From NCBI GenBank assembly GCA_016748015.1, contig JAAOMT010000436.1, forward strand, positions 1,235,660 to 1,299,659: a stretch of 64,000 nt of DNA. The letters are read 5' to 3'. Positions 39,183-52,399 of this stretch are shown here, in pieces (positions within the stretch are counted from its first letter, which is position 1; the number at the start of each line of letters is the position of its first letter). The translations under genes were made by a program, and so were the position numbers. The notes under the pieces are model-generated. The model had not been told where the DNA came from. It worked only from the letters and a program-made list of their open reading frames with translations, and made no database searches. This DNA is from Geosiphon pyriformis uo1. Its lineage: Eukaryota; Fungi; Glomeromycota.

Positions 39183-40861
39183 TCACCGCATTTCTTGTTG
39201 GTTTTCTATGCTTTGTTGGTGTTCTACCTCTATTTTTTGCCTTTCAGACCCTTGATTAAAATTCGGTGGTTTCGGAATAAGGCCTGAGATATCAAATTTG
39301 AAATTTAAAAGGCATATTCCCTGAAAATCTTTAAAAAAAAAAATTAAGGCATGAATACCTAGTGTTTCAAACATTTCTTGATCTGCATTATAATCGTTAT
39401 TAGCCGTTGTTAATAATTTATCACCGGTGAATATTGAATTTGCCCCAGCAAGGAAGCACAGTGCCTTAAATAATGTACAACTGTTAAAATAGAATGCTTA
39501 TCAAGTTCAATCTTATTAGGGATACAAACCTGCTCTGGTTGAGAGAATCGCACACGACCTGCGGATAGTCGTACCATTGATTTTGGCATAATAATACGCG
39601 CCGTAGAAATCATACGAATCATTTCCCATATCGAAACGGGCTAAACAAAAACGCGAAATTTGTTAAAACTCTCTTCAATTGCTACCCAATATGAAATCAA
39701 TACCTCTTGTTTCCCAAGTGGTGTTCCTTCCACCGACACCAATGCGTTGATAGGCACACTCTCGGGATGTTGCGGCATAGTTGCTAAAGTGTGCAACATG
39801 CCAACGCGATCCTCAGTTGCCTCTCCCAAGCCAATAATACCCCCCGAACATACTGAAATTCCGGCATCGCGAACGTGGGAAATAGTTGTAAGACGCTCAT
39901 CGTATGATCGGGTAGTTATAATCTTGAATGAAATTGCCAAGAATTGTGAATAAAAAGAAGAATATTTTATTTGAAATAGAATGAAGCATACCTTGGGGTA
40001 ATATTCTCGTGAAGTATCTAGATTATGATTATAAGCGGTAAGTCCAGCCTCCTTGAGGGCTCGAGCTTGTTCTTCATTGAGCATGCCTAATGTACAGCAT
40101 ACCTCCATATCCATTGCCCTAGACAAATAAAAAGACCCCAGTGACCATCGAGTCCAATATTTTTTTATTTAAAAGATCTGAATACCTAATTTCTTGAACA
40201 TAATTTAGAATCTTTTTGAAATTGGATTTTCGACCTGCAAGGTCACGCCATGCGGCCCCCATGCAAAATCTGTAAATAGAAGGTAAGTATAGCAATTTTT
40301 AAATTTTATAAAAGATTCCAACCAACCTTGTACTCCCAGCTTCTTTGGCCTTTCTGGCAGCTACAAGAACCTCGTCAGTATCCAGTAATTTTTGAGCTTT
40401 GACCTCAGTTTTATACTTTGAAGACTGAGGACAATACGCGCAATCTTCGCTACAGCCCCCAGTCTTGATACTTAACAAAGTACATTGTTGCACTGAAAGT
40501 GGGTTATGGTGTTCTCGGTGTACTTTAGCCTTTTCCATTAGATAATCCCGAAGTTCCATTAAAAAGGTTTAAGAGGGTGATGCGCGAATACATTTATACT
40601 CATCATGGAAGTATAAAATAATGTTACCCCATAGAAAAGAAGTTCCATGAGAGGAGAATCATAAATGGTTTTGATCTCCTCTTTCGTCCAGTCATTTCGC
40701 AAAAGTCCGGAGGCAAAGACCGCGGCAGAAGACTGGGGTGTCCTTCTAATTGAGTCAGCAGTGGAAGCTAATCTACGAACAGCTGTCACTGAATAAAAAC
40801 GAAGGAAAGTGACCGTGTATTTTCTGCTAAAATTTGAAAGGGGAAAACCGAAAGAAGTCAT
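39183..40861 (-). CDS. BIO2: Biotin synthase, mitochondrial (radical SAM)
   Basis: Presequence-like N-terminus; [21 protein letters not shown] (CxxxCxxC), [65 protein letters not shown]; multi-exon. Confidence 0.97.
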
Positions 40862-41169
40862 TGTCTTTGACTGAAGTTTGTTAACAAATGCATGCTATAT
40901 AAAATATTTTTCCTATGATCCGAAGATAATAAACACTCTTGTACTAAGTGAGCTGATTACGCGTATATAATGCCGAGAACTAAAAACCCCAAAAATAATT
41001 ATTTGTATTGATATGAAGACGATCAATCTAATTTTCAAAGAGATGTTTTTGATTATGAAAATTTTCAGCAACTTTGCCTTATCAGTTCATTTTGATCCGG
41101 GCAAAATTCCATGAAAAATAAGTTTTGCACGTTTATTCTGAAAATACAACAAATTTTGTTGGAACCCAA

Positions 41170-42390
41170 TCAAGAATCCCGTTTATTATAGTAGGAAGCA
41201 TTTGAAGTTGCTCCACCTTCACCATTATTAATATTATTAATCCCACTTCTTGCCGTGATTCTTGGATCCCTCGAAGGTATCACAGAATTCTGTTGCTGCT
41301 GCTGAATATTATTTGCAACAGCCATTGTTCTTATCATTTCAAAAATCCAACCTTGTTGTTCGGGAGTTAATATCGTCATAATAGCGGCATTATTCGATAT
41401 CATATTAGGGTCGCTACCACCAGCCATTAGGCTATCCATCTGAGTTAGAAATTCAGAATTTCCCATTGTCCCAACTCGACTATTGGAATTCGTATTTAGC
41501 GTGTTAGCTACGGAACCAGAGGCCGAATTTGAATATGGTGGTGCATGATTTGACATTTGATAATGAGAATTAGGGATAAGCGGGTTGATTTCTCCAAACA
41601 TAACATTAACAGAATTGGAATGCCGGTCAATAGTCATACCATCATGGGGACGATGATAAGCTTCATGGAAGCCAGATGCCGATTGGGAACGTTTTCTAAT
41701 CGTTGCTCCTAATTTATTCATTTCAGCAATCTGATGTTCACGCAAAATCATTTGTTCCGCACGTTGTTTTCTCCTTAATTCTGCATACTGCATTTTTACC
41801 ACATCTTCGATATCATTAAAACCAATCGATGACTGGTCATGACCTGGAGTCTCAACCATGTATTTTGCCACGCTTTTTAATTCTGTCCATTCATCAGATT
41901 CAGAAGAGCCATTCAATGGCCTTCCAAAATTGTTTGACACATTAGACGGAGCCTGTTCAATTTCATTTGTGAGCATTTTTGTCACTGCCTGTTCGAAATA
42001 AGTTGATTTTATGGGATCTCTTATTGAAGTTTGACGCTGGACATATTCAGTATCAACCATTGTACGAGTTTCTCTGAGAAATTCTGTGATTTCATTGGTG
42101 TGTCTCTTTACTTGTTGCCGAAGTTGTTTCTGTTGTTTATTTTTAAGAAAGTCTAGTCTTTTTTGGTTGTAGGAACTGTCTACAGATCCTTTAGGAGGTT
42201 CTAAAAGTCCCTCTTCATCACTGCTTTCCGGAAAGTCTTCCACCATATCCCAAAATAATTTATCCATCGCTAAAATAAATAGGTCAACTAACTTAAACAA
42301 GGTTGCATTTATGTACACAGATTCTGATTTGTTGTACAAATTTATATTGTTCATGAATTTCAGTTTTAGGTGCTCTTTCCGTGTAGCCAT
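41170..42390 (-). CDS. Hypothetical protein (coiled-coil segments, Q-rich C-terminus with RDPR motif); start may be ATG 42268
   Basis: 1.2-kb stop-free ORF with gene-like composition. 42330-42271 looks intronic (TTTTAG acceptor just before ATG GAT AAA). Family not recognised. Confidence 0.65.
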   Translation of the reverse strand: MATRKEHLKLKFMNNINLYNKSESVYINATLFKLVDLFILAMDKLFWDMVEDFPESSDEEGLLEPPKGSVDSSYNQKRLDFLKNKQQKQLRQQVKRHTNEITEFLRETRTMVDTEYVQRQTSIRDPIKSTYFEQAVTKMLTNEIEQAPSNVSNNFGRPLNGSSESDEWTELKSVAKYMVETPGHDQSSIGFNDIEDVVKMQYAELRRKQRAEQMILREHQIAEMNKLGATIRKRSQSASGFHEAYHRPHDGMTIDRHSNSVNVMFGEINPLIPNSHYQMSNHAPPYSNSASGSVANTLNTNSNSRVGTMGNSEFLTQMDSLMAGGSDPNMISNNAAIMTILTPEQQGWIFEMIRTMAVANNIQQQQQNSVIPSRDPRITARSGINNINNGEGGATSNASYYNKRDS

Positions 42391-43429
42391 GAAATTGCTA
42401 TCACGTTCAAGTATTCAACGAATCTCTTCATTAACAAAGAAGCCCTTATTACAAGGTTTTCTATCAAATTGATTCGCCTACTGTTAATCAAGATTTAACT
42501 CTTCCCTTGTTCCGCTTAAAAATTGATCAGTACTGCCTTCTTGGCTTGTTGTTCTTCACATCAGTCCTACTTCCGCATTCTAAGCTATGTACTTCAGCAG
42601 CAACCTGGAAGAGCAGTCATAATAGTAATGCAGGAAAATCTCCTCGCCCTCGTTTACCCGGTTTAACAGCTGCCGACGTACCGAGTCTCGAGAAATTAGA
42701 TCCATATCTAGATTTCGAAGGCGGCCACTTCGACGCCAGGTTCCCTGAAACCCGCCCAGACGTGGTTATCAGTTCTCAGACAGAAAACGATAACGAAATG
42801 CTATCTGCTCTGACTGGGTTGACGCTCGATGAGATCGCTAATTTGCAAAAAAGAGCGTTAGTAATTAAACGGGTGGTAAACATGACGGCGAAAGGAAAGT
42901 TGCCGAGCATGTATACGTTGGTCGTGGTTGGAAACGGGGAGGGTGTGGCTGGGTATGGCGAGGGAAAACACGAGGAAGTTATTATGGCGATAAGAAAGGC
43001 GACTAATCAGGCGATAAAGAATTTGCAGTTTTTTGAACGATATGACGATAGAACTTTGTATCATGATATTTCTCATAAATTTCATGCGACACGATTGATG
43101 TTGTGGGCAAGACCGCCAGGTGAGTCGATTTATATTTTATATTTTTCTTTTATTCTGAAATTACTCTCACCTTCGAGATATAAATTTACCTTAACATACG
43201 AATAGGGTTTGGTCTCCGTGTTAATCATAATATTCATGAAATTTGCAAATGTATTGGAATTCAAGATTTGTCAGGTAAGGTGTTTGGATCAACGAATAGT
43301 ATGAATGTCATAAAGGCAACTTTTGAAGCATTGGCGAATCAGAGACTTCCACAGGATATCGCGAGACAGCGGGGTAAAAAATTGGTTGACGTACAACACA
43401 CCTATTATGGGGTCCCTAAGCACAAGTGA
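42389..43429 (+). CDS. MRPS5: Mitochondrial small-subunit ribosomal protein uS5m
   Basis: [37 protein letters not shown]...[10 protein letters not shown]...ARPPG, intron 43120-43205, then [42 protein letters not shown]...RGKKLVDV. The start at ATG 42389 (MKLLSRSS...) through a short intron is inferred. Confidence 0.9.
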
Positions 43430-43645
43430 TACCACATCGAATTAAAACCTTGTTTCAATTCATACAGCTTTTGATACCTTGATTCAAATGATTGATATTT
43501 CTTAATTTACTTGAAGAAATACGACCAAATTAGCAAAATTGAATAAATAAATAAACAGGGTGATATCCTTCTATGGATATTGCTCAACAGACCCAATTGG
43601 TGATATGGCTAGTAGATTTAAAACCTATAAGATCTATCGATTATT

Positions 43646-46600
43646 TTAGAGGGAAACCTCAAGAGGGCTTTTACCATTCCGGATCTCTGTCGCGGATGGG
43701 AACTTTCCGAGTCTAAGCAATTCTGCGCTATGTGACGCAATAGGATCTTTCCCCATCGTAATAATTGCCAAGACCTGGTCACCAACTTCATTAAAATTAG
43801 TGAATTTGCAAAAATTTAATGAGAAAAATTATGCAAATCAAACGAATCAAACAAAAACAAAATGATTTGATATTTACGAGCATAATATCCGGCAAATGAG
43901 AACTCTTCCAAGTTTCCGTGAATGATTAGATCATCGTATTTCTTTGCGTGTCCCGTGAATCGCAAACTTTTACCATGTTGTGCACTCCAAAAGTATGGAA
44001 TCTTTCGGAATGGAGATAAATTTTTCTTTGCAATATGGGATCCAACAGCTCGTCCGGTATTTTCGGCGTATGCCTAAGTTAATTGTTTTTCAAAATAAGA
44101 AAAAGATGTATAAAACCTAAACTTGGGTATAAAATAGGATGATTCGATAATTACCCAATGTTCAACACGTATCCGTTCACCAGTGACATGATAGGGATAA
44201 CTTGCAATATCACCTTAAAACAAAAAAAGCTCAATGTTTTTAAAATTTTGAAAAAAATGAAAACCATACTTACCAGTCGCGTAAATATCTTGGAGTCCCT
44301 CTACTTGGAAATGCTCATTCACCCTTAACCCACCGTCCCTCTCAAGTGGAAATTCTGGTGAATCACGTAAAAATTCCTAGAGCAATTTATCTATAATAAA
44401 TTAATAATTCATAAGCAATTGTGGGAGCATTTTCTCTGGAAAGTTACCGTGGAAGGTGCTACCCCAGCACCAATAAGAACAATATCCGCAGGTATCTTTG
44501 TATCATCTGACAATATAACAGCTCCAACTCTTCCAGGGTCCACAGCTTCGAATAACCGAAAAAAAATTTTTGATGAAAATAAAATATCCTACGTTAGAAT
44601 AAACAAGATATTGTTTTAATGAGAATTTTTTGTAGCATTCAAGTGCCTACTTGATGGCTCAAGAGCCTTCACCCCAGAATTGAGGTAAAATTTGACACCG
44701 TTATCCTCGTGTAATTTTTGTAGGACAGTGCCAATTTTTTCGCCGAGGACGCGTTGAAATGGAACCTGATCAGGAAACATCAATTAATTTCTTAATAAGT
44801 GTCAATTATAAACGAGTATATGTATACCTTTTCCATTCCAATCACAGACACATTAGCCTTTTTTGCGGTAATAGAAGCGACCTCCATACCAATAAAGGAG
44901 GAGCCAATAATAACGAGATTTTTTTTTTCGCCATCATTAATTTCTTGAAATGAAAATACCCAGAAAAAATTATTTGAAAGAATTGTGTAACAAAGCAATT
45001 GATAAAATATACCTTTGTTAATTTGCGCGTTATCCTGTACGGTTCGCAGATATAACACCTTATGCAAACCGATCCCGGGAATTGGAATGGAGCGTGGCTA
45101 GAATAGCAAAAGGTAAAATAATTCTGTTTCGGCTTGCCCGAAATTGGAAAGATGGATAAAAATTAAAAGTTTACCGTAGCACCCGTGGCAATGATTAAGG
45201 TATCAAATTTTATTTTCTCTCCATTTTCAAGCGTTACTGTTTTTGATTTGGAGTTAACAGCTGAAGCTACCTATTTTGGAGATTGGCTAAAAGAATTCGT
45301 AAACGCAAACTTTTTTGAAGTAGCATGAAGCATTCGAATATACACCATACTAACCGTCCCCAATTTAAAGACAATTGAAAAATCCTTATAAAATTCAGTG
45401 CTTCGTATAGCAATTTTTTCGGCGGTGAGATCAAGCTTTTTACTCAATTGTGGTCTGAGGAATAAATAATTAAAATGATTAATAAAGGCCAGTGAAATCA
45501 AGTTAAAGAGTCAAAAAGAACACTTTGCATACCGATCAATTGGTAAATAAATTTCACGACTGACTACAATGATACGTCCAGTGAATCCATCCTAAGCGAA
45601 ACAAGACATGACATAATTTCTGAAATTAATTCAACATATTTTTTTCTAAGAAAGATCATTAATTATTTACCTCTCGAAGTTTTTCAATTGCAGCATTACC
45701 AGAGGCACCACCGCCCAAAACTATCACTGTGTTCGTATTCGTTGATGTCACTTGTTTTGAACAAACCGGAACGCGTTTACCGCTTTTTAGCTCTTTAATA
45801 GATGAAAGTTTCCAATGGTTTATGAGATCAATTAGTACTAATAAGCAATAGATCTATGCGGCAATCCTATTTCCTAATTCACTACCGACCCTTTTCTTCC
45901 GCCCCCACATATATGTCGTCTCCTTTAATAGTCACCTAAAGAAATGTCAAAGCACACGTTTTAGCTTAAATTATTGATGGGAGGGACAAATTCACCAATC
46001 AAAACCATAAAATCATTAATTTCAGATACCTTAAATTTATACAAGCTATCCAAAGCCGGCGCATCCTCTATAATAGAGAAACTCAATCAACAAATGATAC
46101 GGTTGGTAAAATTTTGAGTTTTTGTAATCTTGTCGAGCTTCCTTACCAATATCACCAGTAAAAGCGCTGAAGCAGGCACCATGCCATGGACTAAATAATT
46201 CAATCCGATTTATTCGAATTACAAAAAATACTTGCACAAAAGATGAGACTTTTAAATAATAGTAATTTTCTTACCAAATAATGCGGCCATCGCTGGACAA
46301 TACGCCTTTAGCTAGAGGTGCCTGATATTAAAAAAATCAAGTTTTAATTTAATCCCGTAAAGACCAAAGAAAAACGCATCACAAAATTTAATAGGATATA
46401 ATTCTTTCACTACTCACCCCGTAGTGGGTACACTTGTGCGAGGTAGCGAAAATTTCCCCATTAAGCTTTGCCAATAATACTTTATCACCTGCTTCACCAA
46501 GGGTAACTTCTTTTCTAAAAAAAACCCATGAATGTCAGTATTAAGTGTTTTTGTGGTCCCCTGAAGATGCACATACAATTTCCCCTCGCCAACGTCAGAA

Positions 46601-46803
46601 ACTTTTCCAACAAAATATTCTGGCATATTTTCTCTCAGTGTACTATAACTTTTATGTCGAGTTTGGATAAATGATAATTGTGCTTGGGGAATAAGTTGTT
46701 GCGGGCTTCGCGTCTCTTTGGGGGAAACGTTGCAAGGTTGTCCTTTAATAAATCTGTTCAATAGGAATGAGCAAATTTTAGAACGTGCTCTCAACAGTGT
46801 CAT
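43646..46803 (-). CDS. AIF-like Rieske [2Fe-2S] plus FAD/NAD(P)H oxidoreductase (AIFM3/ferredoxin-reductase type)
   Basis: Rieske CTHYGAPL...CPWHGACF; FAD GGGASG; DRPQLSK; ATG; NAD GSSFIGME; IYATGDIA; VEHWAYA; IPYFWSAQ. Many introns; ends EVSL*. Confidence 0.9.
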
Positions 46804-47111
46804 AAAAGGGTATTAAGAACAAAGAAATTTTATTATAATTAATTGAATGTGGTAATCTTTCCCACCAAATATTTGGTATGATTATCGCGTTTTGGCAATT
46901 TGACATTGCGATCTGAAATTCAAAAGTTACTAATTCTTGATTTTTTAATAATGCAACTTATAAAAATAAATAGCGGTCTTTTCTTAGCTTGTTATTTTAT
47001 TCTTAAACGCGTACACATCACAGCATGTTGCTCATTCTAATAATAAAGGCCGGAGTCAATACCAAAGTCAATTTAATAAATTAAAAAAGATCAAGTCCAC
47101 GAGAATCGAAG

Positions 47112-48450
47112 CTAATTTACTCCTAATTTTTCCCATGCCTTAATCAAAATATCAACTTTTGCGGGGTCCCGAACCGCAACTCGAACAAATGTCGGCCTTT
47201 CATATCCCGGCTGCCCACTCCTAACTGGTACACCAGCTTCTTTAGCAAGTGTCACCGCCTTTTGAGCTATCGCGATATTTTTCATATTCACCCAAACCCA
47301 CGATAGGAAGCCCTTGCCGTAAAATTCCCATTCATCATTCAATTGAGCACCAATCGTAGAAGATAGAATTTTCAATTTTACAATTAATGATTCACGCCAG
47401 ACAGGTGTCACATCCCAAGTCTTTTCCATATATTTTTTATCTTTTACAACAACATTTAGGAACCCCAATGCGGGAGTATTAACGCTCCATGGTACTTGTA
47501 TGCGCTTAAAAGCATCACAATGTTCCATAGTAGGACATACTATTGAACCAATACGTAAACCAGTACACGACCAAAGTTTAGTCCAAGAATGAATTATGTA
47601 AAGGGATATTTTCTTGTTTATGTAAAGCGACGAAATATAGTCGTGTTGTGATGTCAATGAATCCGACCGAAATTCCCGTGATAACCAAGGTTGCATGGAC
47701 TCATCTAAAGAAAATCACGTTAGTATTATGAAGAATAAATCAATTTATGCGTACCCACCTACTATAACGACTCCACCATCTTCGACATTGTCTTCAATCC
47801 ATTGTTTTACCTCACTCAAGTTTTTGTAATCTCCGGTTGGATTACATGGGTTTACTATGCAAGAAAGTTTTCCCCGTCTCGTGTCATCTGGTTTAAGAAT
47901 TATACGCCCATTGGTTTCGGCAGCACGTTGATATTCTTTGTACTACATAAAGAGATAAAAAAATTTAAAATTTTCCCATTTAGCTTCATCACTTGTACTT
48001 AGAACTCACTTGAACATCCCACGGACCAGGTTTCCATCCACCGTCAGGCGCTGACCTTATAGCCAAATCAATTAATTCACTAGCGCCATTACCCAGCAGC
48101 AGTTTATTAACGTGTTTTAAGTAATCATTTGGCCAAAGAAACTCTGCAAGAGAAGTTTTAGCTGGTTCTTGGTTGGCCGGTGGGTAGTGGTGACAATTAA
48201 AGATCTTGTAAAGAAAAACCCATATAATTTTAAGGTTTAAAAGAACGAAAAGTACATTCTCCTTGTATGCCAGTTAACCAACCGATTCTCGGGCAGCTTC
48301 TAGTGCAGCTTTGGGTGTTCCTAGTGCGTTGGTAGTTACAGAAAAATCCTCAATGAAGTTATCCAGGAAGTTCCAATCCTGACCACCATGGAACTGTTGA
48401 AGTTTCGTGTTCCAAACAGAGCTCGAATCAGGCGTAGTGGTGGAAGTCAT
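47112..48450 (-). CDS. PLP-dependent class I/II enzyme, CobD (Thr-phosphate decarboxylase)/HisC-like
   Basis: HGGQDW...DFSVTTNALGTP, HYP, GNGASELI, NPCNPTG, DES, SWTKLWSCTGLRIG (PLP lysine), VRVAVR. Three introns; ATG at 48450. Confidence 0.85.
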
Positions 48451-49299
48451 TGTAGTCGGGAATTCTATATTTTGAATACGAAACGTGCAATCGATATATG
48501 CATATGAAATTGCCAATTAGATTCAGATTATCAATTAGATCTATGATCTCAATCAACATCTATATTTTGAAATCTAGCGCCCACGAGCAGAACAATTTGT
48601 TCTTTCATGACTGGCTTGTCTCGCGATCAAGGTGACTCAAAGAAATAGGGTGGCTCCTGGATCGACTGCAAACTTCTATGACCTTGGGAAAAACTCTACC
48701 GTATGCTTTGCGTCGAAACCAAAGCAGTTTAGGTTGACCGAAAGATCTGGATTTCTTGCACAACTTGTCAACAATATAACAAGTAATTGTATCGCTGGGC
48801 AAAACGTCTTTTAAAAAAGATTTTTAGATACCATCACGCTTTATATTGGTTAAACAACCCTTCTAAATCAAATTTTGCACACCAACAACTTTTTTGAGGG
48901 CAGTTATTGTTGAGTAACACGGAGCGATTTTTAAACACCAAAAGTAGATTACTGAAAAGGAAAATGTTAATGACGGATTAAAAGTGGCAGCTCCTAGCAA
49001 ATGAATTGCCGTTCACTTTAATATGGATCCTTCTACTATTGAGGTTTTATTCAAGTACAGCAACATGTATACAAAATGCAATAGTGATGGTGGAGGAAAC
49101 GTTGATGATATTGCAGTAATTCCACTGAAAAATGAGCCAAAAAAAAGTATCCTTAGGGCCGAAATCATCCTTCCAATTACATTAGAGTCTAGAAAAACCA
49201 GTGCTTCGCCATATACCCTTAATTTCAGTCTTTTTACAGCAAAATTTTCTGGCCAGCTTAGACACATCTAAGATATGTGGATGTACACCTCTCAGGAGC

Positions 49300-50238
49300 T
49301 CACGCATAATTTATCTTATTTTGTAGATGCAAATGATCCACGTGATGCAAATCGAGAACACCAATTAACATAGAACTCAACTTCCCTAGTGTCTCTTCTG
49401 GATCGACTGCATCCTCACCTGTATTTATCATTGCTGTTACTTCTACAATCCACAAATTTTGAGGATCGAAAGGTTTTGCAAAGTTGGGATCATTTAAACT
49501 CTCCAACTGTGAACAGAAAAATTAAAATAAATTATTGGTTGTAAAAATTATTCGTGTTCGAATACATTTAGGTTATAAAGTCACCTGATATATACGCGTG
49601 ATAGATATCTTAACATTTCTTCCATATATGAATGTAATCCCTTTCTTGATAAACTGAAATGCGAAACTATGAACGCGATTTCCAAGAATTTATCACAACT
49701 GGTGGGCCTAGCTCGTAGTTAATGAAAATTTTCAAATTACCTATATCCAAGCGCGGACAGAAATTTAAAAGGCTCTCCCTGCGAGATACGGGAATATATT
49801 ACTGGACGTACCGTTACGGCTTTATGCGTTCTTGTTACTGGTGGGGCAATTTGACATAATTGCCTGAGATTTGACAAAGAATAATTAATCATCATGGGAA
49901 ATCTCACACGAATTTTTATGAATATTTGGTGTCTACCATTGACGTTTTGTTAAATCCTTTTCATCTAAAGGAGATTTAAGGCGTAGCAACATGTCTTCAT
50001 TCCGTTCTGGTCCTACCGGAGTTCGAACTATTTAATTTTTTTAACAAGGTCAGGCATGAGTAAAGCAGGGATGTAAGATCAAGAGAATATCAATATTTTA
50101 ATTTTTACCAGTTGGAACGAATCCCATTTCAATTTCAAAAATGTTTATTGGTTCCCGGCCACATATGCCAATTAGTCTGTCATATAGTTTTGGTTTGAGG
50201 GCGTCAGCAATATGCCCATGGAGCGAGTACTCGGTCAT
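49300..50238 (-). CDS. MED18: Mediator subunit Med18 (Srb5)
   Basis: MTEYSLHG...RLIGICG...FEIEMGFVP...LLRL...VTVRPV...FLSALGYSFAFQFIKKGITF...ISITRIY...WIVEV...LIGVLDL across five exons. Confidence 0.8.
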
Positions 50239-50479
50239 TTCGATTATCTATTAGTTGAAAGGACCCTGTAAACCTTAGATACCAAAAATCATTTTTCCCA
50301 AATCTTGAAATAAACAAGCCACAATATCTTTATTGAAATTCATGCAATGCCCGAAAAACTGTGATTGTTGTAGAATTTCTATTAATCTGTCAATTTGTGA
50401 TATTTTTCGATATTTTTGTCTAACTTAAAAATTGTAAAAGCTTTTACAATCCAAATGTAAAATTTTCGATTAAATGTGC

Positions 50480-51790
50480 TTTATTGAATGTAATCCAGTC
50501 ACTACTTACAAGTTAAAACATATACATGTTTATTATTCAATAGATTATTTATCTTAGTTTTACAAGTTTTATAACAAAAATAATTAAAAAATAATTATTA
50601 ATATTAATATTACTAAAACCAAAATTTGTATTTTCAATAAAATAAGTTTTTTTTTATTTTTTTATTAAATCTTATAAAAATAATTATTAAAAACACAATA
50701 AATTAATTAACAGCTTTAAAATATAACACAAAACCAGTTAACAAAGTTCTTTAAATTAAAATTTTTTTTCAAATAATTTAAATTTTGGTATTTGTAATAT
50801 CATTAAAAATTGGGGGGGGGGAGGGGGGTTTTTTAAATACTAAAAAATAAAAGCAACATTAAAAACTTTAAATGGTTGTAATATTTTTTGAAGAAAAAAA
50901 TTGTTTTAATTATTAAATAACAGAAAAAATGTTGATAATAAAAATAACAACTTAATTTGGCTTATAATTAAAACATTAAGGTTTTTTATAGTAATAACAA
51001 TTACATTAAAGCTTTTTTTGGTTTATTCTTAAAAAAAAATACTTTTAATTAAAAATTGTTCAGATTTTATATTACTTAAAAATTGTTTTATCAAATATTA
51101 TTTAATTGTTTTTTACTTTTTGCTTTGGTTATAATAATAAAAAAACAATTTTGTATTTTGTAATATTGTATTTATTAAATAATATATATAAAATATTAAA
51201 AATTTAAAAATTTACAATTTACAAAGCATTAAATTTGTAATATTTATTAAATATTATGTAAATTGTAAAATACTTATTATATAAATTAAGTATAATACTA
51301 AAAAAAAAATTTTATAAAATAATAATTTTGTTTAAAAATTTTATTTAACAAATTATAAAATAATAAAATTAATAAAACCAATTGTAAACAAATATTATTT
51401 GTTAATTTAAATATTTATAATTAAATTATATATTAACATAAAACTTGAAAAATTGTTAAAAAATAATAATTCTGTTTTAATAAATAAATATAAGCCCAAA
51501 AATGTAATAATTTTCATAAAATTTTTTAATTCACATTTATTATAAACATGTACATATATTAAAATAATAAATTGTAAAAAAAATTACACTTATTTAAGCA
51601 TTTAAATAAATAATGATACTTATTAATATCACATAAATTATAAACCAAAAATATTACAACTTTAACATCATGTAAATTATAAATCAAAGTATTATAAATT
51701 TGATGATTCAAAATTTATTAAGCATCAAATTTGTAATACTTAACAGATGTTATGTAAATTTTAAATCAAAGTATTAAAAAACTGATGTCA
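50480..51790. repeat. Extremely AT-rich decayed repeat block with short ~38-bp tandem units at 51625-51800
   Basis: Composition resembles the mutated TE blocks. Recurring (A)TGTAAATTATAAATCAAAGTATT units. Confidence 0.5.
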
Positions 51791-52399
51791 TGTAAATTGA
51801 ATTGATGGCAATCAGGATAATTATGGAAACTCACGAGATCAAATGGATTGCAACATTATTTTCCATACACACTCGAGTTTATATTAATATCGTGAAAGAA
51901 TTTACTTTCACAGGTTCAGGAGTCAATTACCTGTTAGGTGTTATTGTTTCACCCGTCGTCCGCAGAAGTAAAAATCTAGAGCAGAAATAATGAACTATTT
52001 TTCGCCAAGCAGTGATTGTAGAGCGATTTTTAATCTCTGCTCGTAATCGGTGCAAACGCGCAACTCGCAAAGTTCAATCACAACTTTCAGATCTGTTTTT
52101 TCTGAGATACCATGATATCCATCGCTTCACAATGGTTTAAAATTCTTTAAAATATAATTAAAAATATTAATGATCCTCAAGAAATCTTGCGACAATATAA
52201 GAAAATAATGAAGATAAAAACCTCGAAAATTGTATAACTGTCTCTTATTATTCCTTTACAGAATAGCAAAAGTCCAAAAGCATCTAAACAAAAATATTAG
52301 TTTAGGAATGTTAATCAATTGGGTGAAATTTTACTATTTTTGATACTTTGCGATGAATTCAGAACTCTGAAAATTACATACTTTTGATATCCCAAAAAT

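Noticed and set aside
48633-48639. TGACTCA (Gcn4 site) upstream of the PLP enzyme; also TGAGTCA at 55334 and TGACTCA at 20040
   Set aside because: Several such 7-mers are expected by chance in 64 kb and one is intronic, so single sites are not evidence.
48605-49271. Short ORFs between the PLP enzyme and MED18
   Set aside because: No motifs or consistent exon chain could be built.
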